Of a DNA stretch of 64,000 bases, positions 56,819 through 64,000 are shown piece after piece. Numbering within the stretch: the first letter of the stretch is position 1; each line of letters opens with the position of its first letter. Source of the stretch: Promethearchaeota archaeon. Its GTDB lineage: Archaea; Asgardarchaeota; Hermodarchaeia; Hermodarchaeales; Hermodarchaeaceae. A model generated the notes under the pieces. That model had not been told where the DNA came from and searched no databases. It worked only from the letters and a program-made list of their open reading frames with translations. The stretch covers positions 74 to 64,073 of the forward strand of contig JBHLPR010000007.1 of assembly GCA_048939245.1 (NCBI GenBank), written 5' to 3'. Made by a program: the position numbers and the translations under genes.

Positions 56819-56936
56819 CTAGCACCAACAACTAGCACACCGATTCTCCGCTGGTTTTTACATTTACGGTAACGGCTAAAAACTGACCATAACGCGAGCG
56901 CCTAAGAATACAAATACAACCAAACCCACCAGTGCT

Positions 56937-57590
56937 ATGGTGGTGAAAGCAATCGAAGAAATAATATTTCGTATCATCTTTGTTATACTATACATCCTAT
57001 TCGCGATTCCACGAGTTTACTATCGACGCAAAGCCTCAAAGGCTAAACAAATACCCACCAAACAACCTCCCAAAACTAGCCCACTCCGTTCATGGGCGCA
57101 CACGGCGATCACTATTAGCATTCTTGGTATGCTCATCGCCTACCTCCTCTACTTACTAATCCCCCCTTGGATACCCTGGTTTCCACTACCTTTTCCAGCA
57201 ATCCTTCGCTGGATTGGTTTACCTCTCGGACTTGCCGCAATTCCTCTCCTCATCTGGACCCATCGCACCTTGGGGCGTTATTACTCACCTGAAATAGAAA
57301 TACAGAAACAACATCTACTCATCAGAACCGGCCCTTATTCCCGCATACGCCACCCAATGTATGTGGTTTTCATCTTAATCACCCTCGGCACAATACTTCT
57401 CGCAGCCAATGTCTTTGTTACGATTTTTGGTCTCCTTGTCTGTTTCTTACTCTATCCTATATCAAAACAAGAAGAGCAAATACTCATCAAAGAATTTGGC
57501 GACCAATATCGCGAATACATGAGACATACCGGTCGATTCCTTCCCCCTTTTCGTCGCAAACAAGAAATATCTATCAGAGCTGAGGGATAG
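56937..57590 (+). CDS. Isoprenylcysteine carboxyl methyltransferase (ICMT) family membrane methyltransferase
   Basis: C-terminal catalytic block GPYSRIRHPMYVVFILITLG...EEQILIKEFGDQYREYM. Confidence 0.8.
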   Translation: MVVKAIEEIIFRIIFVILYILFAIPRVYYRRKASKAKQIPTKQPPKTSPLRSWAHTAITISILGMLIAYLLYLLIPPWIPWFPLPFPAILRWIGLPLGLAAIPLLIWTHRTLGRYYSPEIEIQKQHLLIRTGPYSRIRHPMYVVFILITLGTILLAANVFVTIFGLLVCFLLYPISKQEEQILIKEFGDQYREYMRHTGRFLPPFRRKQEISIRAEG

Positions 57591-57597
57591 TCCAACG

Positions 57598-58407
57598 ATG
57601 AAAGAGAAGCACACAACTACGTATCAAGGAATTCAACTTTACAAAGACGAAGCTGCTGTTCTCAAAGAACTTGAAGAAAATACAAAAGCACCAATTCCCG
57701 CAAGTGGAACTGCTTTCTATAAAACCGGTTTTGTTCATAAAGACCAGCACGTCATAGGTCTGAGTCTTCATAACAAAGGACTCAAATTCCTTCCTGACTC
57801 ACTTCAAGAACTTGTTTACCTCGAACGACTTTACCTCCGAGATAATCTTCTCACCACTCTCCCGCACACTATTGGTCACCTAGCTAACCTTCAGAATCTA
57901 GATGTCTTCAATAATCGAATCACTACTCTTCCTGAAAGCATTGGGGATCTCACCAAACTTCGTCGATTTGACCTATCTCGCAACTTTGTACCAACACTCC
58001 CTGAAAACATCGGGCAACTCCACTCACTGGAGCGTCTTGGACTTCTCAACGTCCATTTAGAATTCCTTCCCAACACCATTGGTCAACTCACCAATCTCTG
58101 GGATCTTATTGCATCCATCAACCACCTTGTCAATCTCCCTGATTCCATCGGTAAGCTAATCAAGTTAAAACGACTCACACTCCACGATAATTCCCTGACC
58201 ACCCTTCCTGACAGTCTAGGCAATCTAGTTGATCTTGAACTCCTCTCCCTCCATACAAACAACCTCACCCAACTTCCCTCGACTCTGACAAGAATAACAT
58301 CCCTCAAGGTCCTTCGACTTGAAAAGAATCAAATACAAGAATTATCATCCGCCCATAAAAGTTGGGTAACAGAATTACAATCGCAAGGCTGTGGAGTACG
58401 ACTCTAA
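57598..58407 (+). CDS. Leucine-rich repeat protein
   Basis: ATG is 7 nt after the ICMT stop. About 8.5 tandem 23-residue LRRs of the LxxLxLxxNxLxxLPxSIGxLxx type. Confidence 0.85.
   Translation: MKEKHTTTYQGIQLYKDEAAVLKELEENTKAPIPASGTAFYKTGFVHKDQHVIGLSLHNKGLKFLPDSLQELVYLERLYLRDNLLTTLPHTIGHLANLQNLDVFNNRITTLPESIGDLTKLRRFDLSRNFVPTLPENIGQLHSLERLGLLNVHLEFLPNTIGQLTNLWDLIASINHLVNLPDSIGKLIKLKRLTLHDNSLTTLPDSLGNLVDLELLSLHTNNLTQLPSTLTRITSLKVLRLEKNQIQELSSAHKSWVTELQSQGCGVRL
57751..58344 (+). repeat. Array of about 8.5 in-frame 69-nt (23-aa) LRR units inside the LRR gene
   Basis: Units start at VIGLSLHNKGLKFLP, LERLYLRDNLLTTLP, LQNLDVFNNRITTLP, LRRFDLSRNFVPTLP, LERLGLLNVHLEFLP, LWDLIASINHLVNLP, LKRLTLHDNSLTTLP, LELLSLHTNNLTQLP and LKVLRLEKNQIQEL. 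Confidence 0.8.
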
Positions 58408-58475
58408 ATCCATCGAATGAAGGCTACTATTAAATCCCCTCAAACGACTCGTGAGTAACATTGAGGTCTACTCAA

Positions 58476-59111
58476 ATGTCGAAACCAGCCATTACATTTC
58501 TTGGTAACGCGGGATTTCTCCTTGAATATCACGACTCCACTCTCCTCATAGATCCCCCAAATAAAGCCGCGGGTGACCAGAAAGGCGACATCGTCTACTG
58601 TACACACCGTCATCCAGATCACGTTGGCGGTGTCAACATTTTCATGGAACAAAACCCCGTTGCCTTCCTCATCGGCAGCATCCAAATCGCTAAGAAATTC
58701 CCGCAATGGATTCAGCGCCAGGTCACTGTGGCATCTGGTGAAATCATTCAACAACACCCCTGGATCCTCAGATTCATCCAAGAGCCCCACGGTCTCACCA
58801 AAGGCACCACAAATCTCGGCGTCATTGTCCGAACAGAGGACTTTGCTTTTGGTCATGTTGGTGATGCTGTGCGTTTTGGTAATTTTGCCGATACAAAACT
58901 TGATGTTCTCGCAGTGCCTATTTTCGGCGGCTTCACTGCTTCACCTAAACGGGCCATCGAGGAACTGAAAACCTTTGATCCGCCACTCCCCACTATTGTA
59001 CCAATGCATTCGGTATTTCGAAGCCCAAAGGGGTTCTGTAAACGTCTGAAACGTGAAATCCCCGGCACAACCTGCCTTGTCCCTATAAAAAATGAAAAAT
59101 TACCAATCTGA
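58476..59111 (+). CDS. MBL-fold metallo-hydrolase
   Basis: HxHxDH motif in CTHRHPDHVGG. N-terminal beta-lactamase-fold pattern ITFLGNAGFLLE. Confidence 0.75.
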   Translation: MSKPAITFLGNAGFLLEYHDSTLLIDPPNKAAGDQKGDIVYCTHRHPDHVGGVNIFMEQNPVAFLIGSIQIAKKFPQWIQRQVTVASGEIIQQHPWILRFIQEPHGLTKGTTNLGVIVRTEDFAFGHVGDAVRFGNFADTKLDVLAVPIFGGFTASPKRAIEELKTFDPPLPTIVPMHSVFRSPKGFCKRLKREIPGTTCLVPIKNEKLPI

Positions 59112-59192
59112 AAATTTACCAATTCTAAAAACGCACGTTTTCTCTACAATGAGAAGGATAAATTGCATTGGTAGAACGGCCTCAAGCAGTAA

Positions 59193-59807
59193 CTAAATGA
59201 ATTCTTTTGCTTGTGAATAAAGGTCGCTATCGATTTTGTGGGCTTCATAGAGCACGTATAAAAGTCCAACAAAAATTGGAATACCAATTCCAACTAAAAT
59301 TATTGGTATAACACGTAACAAGCTAGGAAGGTAGTAAGGGGATATCAGATATGGACAACTAAGATGAGAAAATAGGAAGATCGATACTAAACTCGCTCCA
59401 TGGATAAGATACACCGCCCTCAGATTTTTTATGTCTCCATCTAGCTCTGTCATCTTTGCCTCCATGGCTAGCTCTCTAATTCCTCCTAATATAAACCACA
59501 TCATGATAAGGTTCAATATTCCCCCAATTGCATAGATTGGCCAAAAGGCGTTGATCCAAACATAGGGGAATAAACAATTATCGATGACAAATAGTTCAGT
59601 TATATCTGGAATCATAATAATGATCAATACAATCGACAGATATCGTGCTCTCTCGAAGGAAGGAGAATACTTCATACATTCAGTAAGACCCATCAAGATC
59701 AGGATAAATCCAAGAAAGTCAGGTAAGAAATTGAATGATGCAAATCGGAAATCAAAGGCCGTAATTAAAAATCCCCAGAAAATTTTCATGAACCCATAAT
59801 TAGTCAA
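59193..59807 (-). CDS. Hypothetical polytopic membrane protein
   Basis: 204-aa ORF with about 6 hydrophobic helices. No family recognised. Confidence 0.55.
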   Translation of the reverse strand: MTNYGFMKIFWGFLITAFDFRFASFNFLPDFLGFILILMGLTECMKYSPSFERARYLSIVLIIIMIPDITELFVIDNCLFPYVWINAFWPIYAIGGILNLIMMWFILGGIRELAMEAKMTELDGDIKNLRAVYLIHGASLVSIFLFSHLSCPYLISPYYLPSLLRVIPIILVGIGIPIFVGLLYVLYEAHKIDSDLYSQAKEFI

Positions 59808-60020
59808 CCAAAACCCCCTTCAAATAGGTGATTCGACGCAGTTCTATTTAACATATTATGCTGAATGCTATCAATAACGTACGAAAAAGGACATTTGAGA
59901 TGGACAGCTTATTCACTTTTTCACCAAACATCAATGCTAGCGCCATAGGTTCTCCAAAGAGAAGGGTTTTTGCTAGGATTTAATATACTCCTGCGCTTAG
60001 CAGCACTTTGGGAGTGGATT

Positions 60021-60560
60021 TCATAAAGAAAGAAAATTCAGGATTTGGTCCTCTTTCAGGCTATAAAAGTGGAGAAGGGTTGCTTGAATTGTTTCAATGC
60101 ATTCAAACCCCATACTTTCAACCAATCTTCTGCTTGTGTCAAAATCCATATGACTTGGATAGACTGAAAGTAATCCGCCAGCTTTCAACACACGTTGAAT
60201 CTCTTTTAGCAGAGTCAGCCGTCGTTGATGCGTGAAATAGTGGGAGTGAATGACATCATAGAGGAGGCAGATATCAATCTGGTCATCATTTAAAGGGATC
60301 ACTAACTCACCCGACGTCTGGAGGATTTCGATGTTCGATAAGCCCTCATTCACGGCACGTTGTTCAAGTAATCGTAGCTCCTTAGCACTTTTATCGAGTG
60401 CAAAGACCCTCCCCCTCTTCCCCACAATTCGTGCTACAGGAACTGCGTAAAAACCAGGACCACACCCGAAATCGAGAACCTTCTGTTTCGGCTCGATACC
60501 TACCCGTTTGAGGAATGGGACAGCTAACTCTTTGAGCCAACGATCTGCATCAGATTCCAC
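60021..60560 (-). CDS. Class I SAM-dependent methyltransferase
   Basis: Motif I VLDFGCGPGFYA, followed by an acidic post-I residue (FALDKS) and LKAGGLL. Confidence 0.8.
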   Translation of the reverse strand: MESDADRWLKELAVPFLKRVGIEPKQKVLDFGCGPGFYAVPVARIVGKRGRVFALDKSAKELRLLEQRAVNEGLSNIEILQTSGELVIPLNDDQIDICLLYDVIHSHYFTHQRRLTLLKEIQRVLKAGGLLSVYPSHMDFDTSRRLVESMGFECIETIQATLLHFYSLKEDQILNFLSL

Positions 60561-60741
60561 ATTTTTAGCCCCCTCGACTACTTTGCAGCACCAATATTTG
60601 AAATACTATTTAGAGCTAACGAATTAATCCACTCCGCCTCAAAAAATCGAATCAGCGCTTTAAATCAAGGCTAGCCACTAAACTTTTTTAGTCCAATTTT
60701 CTAATGCGCTAGTGTGGAATGGCTGCACTTAGAGGGATTGA

Positions 60742-61107
60742 ATGTTTCCAATCATCATTGTTATTGTGACAAGCCTACTGTCAACGGTTTTGCTCACTCT
60801 TGGTCTTGTTGCATTTTTCGCCATTGCCACAGCCCTTTCCACTGGACAAATCCTCAGTGACCGTGATATCCGTGGAGAAGGCTTCAGCTTCCGTTACTTC
60901 CTCTGGCTCTACCACCGACGACCTCGAACTTGGGCAACGGTCATTTATATCTCAAGCCTCGCAATTAGCTTTCTAGTCAATATCCAAATATTCCTCGCAC
61001 TTTACTATGGCAGCCCATTAATACAGTACCTATGGGTTTCACTGCCTACTGCCCTGCTAATGCTTGTTCCAGTTGGGTTCTGGTTCATCCTACGATATCC
61101 AAAATAA
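60742..61107 (+). CDS. Hypothetical small membrane protein
   Basis: 121-aa ORF with 3-4 hydrophobic helices. Confidence 0.5.
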   Translation: MFPIIIVIVTSLLSTVLLTLGLVAFFAIATALSTGQILSDRDIRGEGFSFRYFLWLYHRRPRTWATVIYISSLAISFLVNIQIFLALYYGSPLIQYLWVSLPTALLMLVPVGFWFILRYPK

Positions 61108-61301
61108 TCTTAGTCTGATGTCCAATCAGAAAATCACTAGCCACATCATCGAACCCTGCACTACGCTGGCGATTTTGCGCTTTCCCAATGGGGGGCACGC
61201 TCGCCTTGGAGACGTGGTTTTACGTGGTGTCATGTGGAAACCATTAAGTATAAAAATTAGGTAAGCCTAAATTTGCTTGTCGATGCTAATGGTGAACTCT
61301 C

Positions 61302-61922
61302 ATGTGCCTCTTCGGACTGGAACTGTTTCCTGTGCTAACACTTGGATTACTGAACGGATGGATCCTTCTCACCATATTCTTCATCACCGAACTCTTTTTG
61401 GTACTTTCTTTTCCCAAAGGTACGCGGGGGCGCCTCTTTGAATACACACATTCCAGATGGGCGAGCCATCACCGTGTCATGCTTATCATCGGCAAGACGT
61501 TTGGTCTTCTCTATATTCTGCTCCTCGCTTTTTCACCTTTGAAACTTAGTTCACCATTTTTTTATCTAGGCATGATTTTCTACATCGTTGGGTTGACTGG
61601 TTTTGTCGTCGCTATCATAAATTTCCGAAGCACTCCACCGAATCAACCAGTGACCCATGGCCTATATCGGTACTCGCGTAACCCCCAAATACTCACAATC
61701 CTCATAACTATGTTAGGCGTCAGTCTCGCTGTGGGTTCAGGGGTGGCACTCATTCTGTTACTACTCTCTACAGTGTTTTCCCGTGCTCGGATTATTGAAG
61801 AAGAAAAAGCCTGCCTTGCACAATACGGCGAGGCTTACCGTGACTACTTGGAACGAGTTCCTCGCTATCTCCTCATTCGAACGAAGGTATCAAAATACTC
61901 CATCCATACACTAGTGGAATAG
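61302..61922 (+). CDS. ICMT/phospholipid-methyltransferase-like membrane methyltransferase family protein
   Basis: GLYRYSRNPQILTILITMLG ... EEEKACLAQYGEAYRDYLERVPRY resembles the C-terminal catalytic block of the family. Confidence 0.6.
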   Translation: MCLFGLELFPVLTLGLLNGWILLTIFFITELFLVLSFPKGTRGRLFEYTHSRWASHHRVMLIIGKTFGLLYILLLAFSPLKLSSPFFYLGMIFYIVGLTGFVVAIINFRSTPPNQPVTHGLYRYSRNPQILTILITMLGVSLAVGSGVALILLLLSTVFSRARIIEEEKACLAQYGEAYRDYLERVPRYLLIRTKVSKYSIHTLVE

Positions 61923-61989
61923 CTATACGCCCAAAGGGAAGCTTTGAAGCTACTTCTAATTCGCTAAGCCATGTAACATCAAAAATAGT

Positions 61990-62787
61990 CTATAGTAATG
62001 TGATTATCATTCCCCATTGACCGACACTTAACTGGAGTTCGTCTCTGTATTCTTTGACATACCCTTCTTCGATTCGAATAACTGTGTTCTCTTTTACTTG
62101 TCTAATCTGTTCATTCCAGAGTACGAGTTTGATCGAACCAGTATCATCTGAAAGATTTACCTCAGCTACCCTGAGCTCTTCACCAGTCTTTCTCGACATC
62201 ACCGTACGTGGACTTGAAAGCTGATCCACGCTTCCCTCGACAAGAACTCTCTGCTTACCTTTCTGAATCTCTGTAATCCGTGACATGGATCGTGGAAACT
62301 GATCTGACATCCGTTTTTCGTAGTAGATGCCGGTCCACGCTGGATTGTCATGGGTTGTACCGATCTGTGCAAATCCCAGGCTCTTATAGAACGGATTCGT
62401 TCGAACATTCCACTCCGGAGTACCTAGCACCCACAGATCTGCGGACAGATATAGTTCCCAGACTAGTTCGAACGCCTTTGTCGCGATTCCCTTTCTCATA
62501 TAATCCGGGTCGACCCAGATTCTCTCACAGACTTGATATCCTGGACCTCGATTCCCCACAATGAAGCCGCCAACAACTTCTGAACCCAACAGAATCTTTC
62601 GATATTGCAGCCACCTATTCTCAATTGCCTTCATATTCCATTCAACGGAGTCATAGCCTGGGGGACCACCCGGACCAGGAGCACCAAATTCCAAATCTGA
62701 ATCAAATGCCCTTCTACATGTTTTTGTAAGAATCTCCGCATCTGCAACCTCTGCCTTGTGTAAAGAAATTTCACTAGAATGATCCAT
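61990..62787 (-). CDS. GNAT N-acetyltransferase fused to a C-terminal SSB/RPA-type OB-fold domain
   Basis: GNAT blocks (IWVDPDYMRKGIATKAF, NVRTNPFYKSLGF) in nt ~62287-62787. The OB-fold pattern ITEIQKGKQRVLVEGSV...VAEVNLSDDTGSIKLVLWNEQ...IRIEEGYVKEYRDELQLSVG in nt ~62002-62286 matches archaeal SSB/RPA OB domains. Confidence 0.8.
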   Translation of the reverse strand: MDHSSEISLHKAEVADAEILTKTCRRAFDSDLEFGAPGPGGPPGYDSVEWNMKAIENRWLQYRKILLGSEVVGGFIVGNRGPGYQVCERIWVDPDYMRKGIATKAFELVWELYLSADLWVLGTPEWNVRTNPFYKSLGFAQIGTTHDNPAWTGIYYEKRMSDQFPRSMSRITEIQKGKQRVLVEGSVDQLSSPRTVMSRKTGEELRVAEVNLSDDTGSIKLVLWNEQIRQVKENTVIRIEEGYVKEYRDELQLSVGQWGMIITLL

Positions 62788-62788
62788 T

Positions 62789-63061
62789 CTAAACACCACG
62801 AAATCCAGGATAACACCCTGCTATCTTCGCTTTTCTGAACGCTATCAACCAACAGCTAAGACCATTATAAATCATTAACTCTGTTACCTCCCCATTATTC
62901 AAAACTAAAATAATTTCATCCAAAGCCGCCTCCTCAACCCCACGCTGTGCTAGCGCCTCGACGCCGCCCCAAAGGCAAGCATCCGCCTGTAATAGCCCGT
63001 GTTCTATGCCCAAACCATAATAGTAATACAAATTAAACAGGAATCTTTGAGTATTCATCAT
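62789..63061 (-). CDS. Possible small protein translationally coupled to the GNAT-OB gene
   Basis: 90-aa ATG ORF whose TAG stop ends 1 nt before the GNAT-OB ATG. No family recognised. Confidence 0.35.
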   Translation of the reverse strand: MMNTQRFLFNLYYYYGLGIEHGLLQADACLWGGVEALAQRGVEEAALDEIILVLNNGEVTELMIYNGLSCWLIAFRKAKIAGCYPGFRGV

Positions 63062-63117
63062 TAGGGCAGAGTATGTCAGTTCCTTAAAATGAATTAACTG
63101 GGTGTGTTCTAAGGGAA

Positions 63118-64000
63118 TTGCAGAGAAAAAGACCTCAATTTCACTCGAACCTTAATTCTCTGTTTACAAAAACCCAGAAAGCACTGATAATCACATTCAT
63201 TATTTTTATTTTCATTACCTATCCACTACTACTATTCATGATTCGCCCAATGCAATCTTCAGCCCGATATACGCCTGGGGCAACCCATGTACAGGTTGAT
63301 ACAGATGGAAACGGAATCATACACGTCGTCTGGCAGGAATTCTTCGAAGAACCTGATGCCTCCGTGTATTCCGTGATAAAACTCCGCTCCTATTCTAACT
63401 CCTCATGGTCTCCCGAAGCGATAGTACTCTCTCCTTACACTCCAAACTTGTACGGCTATGTGACCTACGATGAATATGCGTCAAGTCCAACAGCTTTAAC
63501 ATGCAATGATGCAGGGCAAATAGCCATCGGGTGGTTTCACTTAGGCGGCTCTTCTTCCACGAAATTCGCAGGTCCTGCATTCTATCGATTCTTTAATGGG
63601 ACTCACTGGTCGGCTGTTCATAGATTCACGAATAACACCAACATTGGTATGTTTGGACTGAAGTTTTCACCTATTGGCATCTTATACGCGGTCTGGAAGG
63701 AAATCGAAGACTCTTATGGATCTGCTTGGCAAATCTATTGTCAGGCAATCGGGTCTCCTGATCCGCCAATTCTCCTTCTCCGTGATAGCGAGACTGAAAC
63801 CCTTGTTAATTGGGGGCATCCACTTGAATTACTACCCGAAGCAAATGGACGGCTTCATTTCCTTTGGGGGTACGACTCTCTCCATTACCGCTCATATTTC
63901 AACGGAACACTCTCCAAAATCCAAAATATTTCAACCAGCGTCAGGGAATGGAGAGCCATCATGGACTCCGGACACCGAATCCACCTTACCTGGAGTCAAT
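63118..64000 (+). CDS. N-terminally anchored repeat protein, possibly beta-propeller-like (3' end outside window)
   Basis: The frame is open from 63088 to the window end and is not in the ORF track. TTG 63118 gives a TM helix (ALIITFIIFIFITYPLLLF); alternative ATG at 63238. Recurring blocks such as GIIHVVW, IAIGWF, ILYAVW, RLHFLW and RIHLTW. Confidence 0.5.
   Translation, partial: MQRKRPQFHSNLNSLFTKTQKALIITFIIFIFITYPLLLFMIRPMQSSARYTPGATHVQVDTDGNGIIHVVWQEFFEEPDASVYSVIKLRSYSNSSWSPEAIVLSPYTPNLYGYVTYDEYASSPTALTCNDAGQIAIGWFHLGGSSSTKFAGPAFYRFFNGTHWSAVHRFTNNTNIGMFGLKFSPIGILYAVWKEIEDSYGSAWQIYCQAIGSPDPPILLLRDSETETLVNWGHPLELLPEANGRLHFLWGYDSLHYRSYFNGTLSKIQNISTSVREWRAIMDSGHRIHLTWSQ

Noticed and set aside
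58390-58407. CaaX box at the C-terminus of the LRR protein as an ICMT substrate signal
   Set aside because: The sequence ends in CGVRL, so the Cys is at position -5 rather than -4 and the canonical CaaX rule is not met.
1-64000. CRISPR arrays, rRNA genes, transposases, other IS elements
   Set aside because: I found no regularly spaced direct repeats, no rRNA-like conserved segments and no transposase- or integrase-like translations in any listed ORF or gap.

Overview
The window looks like a gene-dense archaeal chromosomal segment, roughly 43-45% GC by hand count outside one richer block. The archaeal call rests on a proteasome alpha subunit, a bifunctional FBP aldolase/phosphatase, archaemetzincin, a POR-type 2-oxoacid:ferredoxin oxidoreductase and a tRNA with encoded CCA. 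I can support about 70 protein-coding genes and one tRNA, tRNA-Arg(UCG), which sits divergent from argS. I saw no rRNA, CRISPR array, transposase or integrase. Many genes are tightly coupled (ATGA/GTGA overlaps, 1-12 nt spacers) and several can only start at TTG or GTG. Recognisable content: two tandem MacB-like ABC modules, an ABC-2 exporter, a 2-hydroxyacyl-CoA-dehydratase set with activase, argS, msrA, psmA and a porGDAB-type operon. It also includes a serpin next to archaemetzincin, adjacent LKR and SDH genes matching the two halves of eukaryotic AASS, an M20 dipeptidase, two ICMT-family methyltransferases, an LRR protein and many orphan membrane proteins. The most interesting locus is at the left edge (nt 1-3355). 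It is a translationally coupled operon around a divergent tubulin/FtsZ/CetZ-superfamily GTPase with a mosaic motif set, two unrecognisable helical partners and a converging coiled-coil/winged-helix gene. Other items worth a second look: a GNAT-SSB/RPA-type OB-fold fusion with a coupled upstream small ORF; an ABC ATPase with an AbrB-like plus zinc-ribbon tail; and an abrupt intragenic codon-usage switch in porB near nt 34620 that leads into a cluster of orphan membrane proteins. All family assignments come from reading motifs in the translations. No database search was possible, so names are hypotheses to confirm with HMM and structure searches. The density of eukaryote-shared families suggests an Asgard- or TACK-like uncultured archaeon, but that is inference only.
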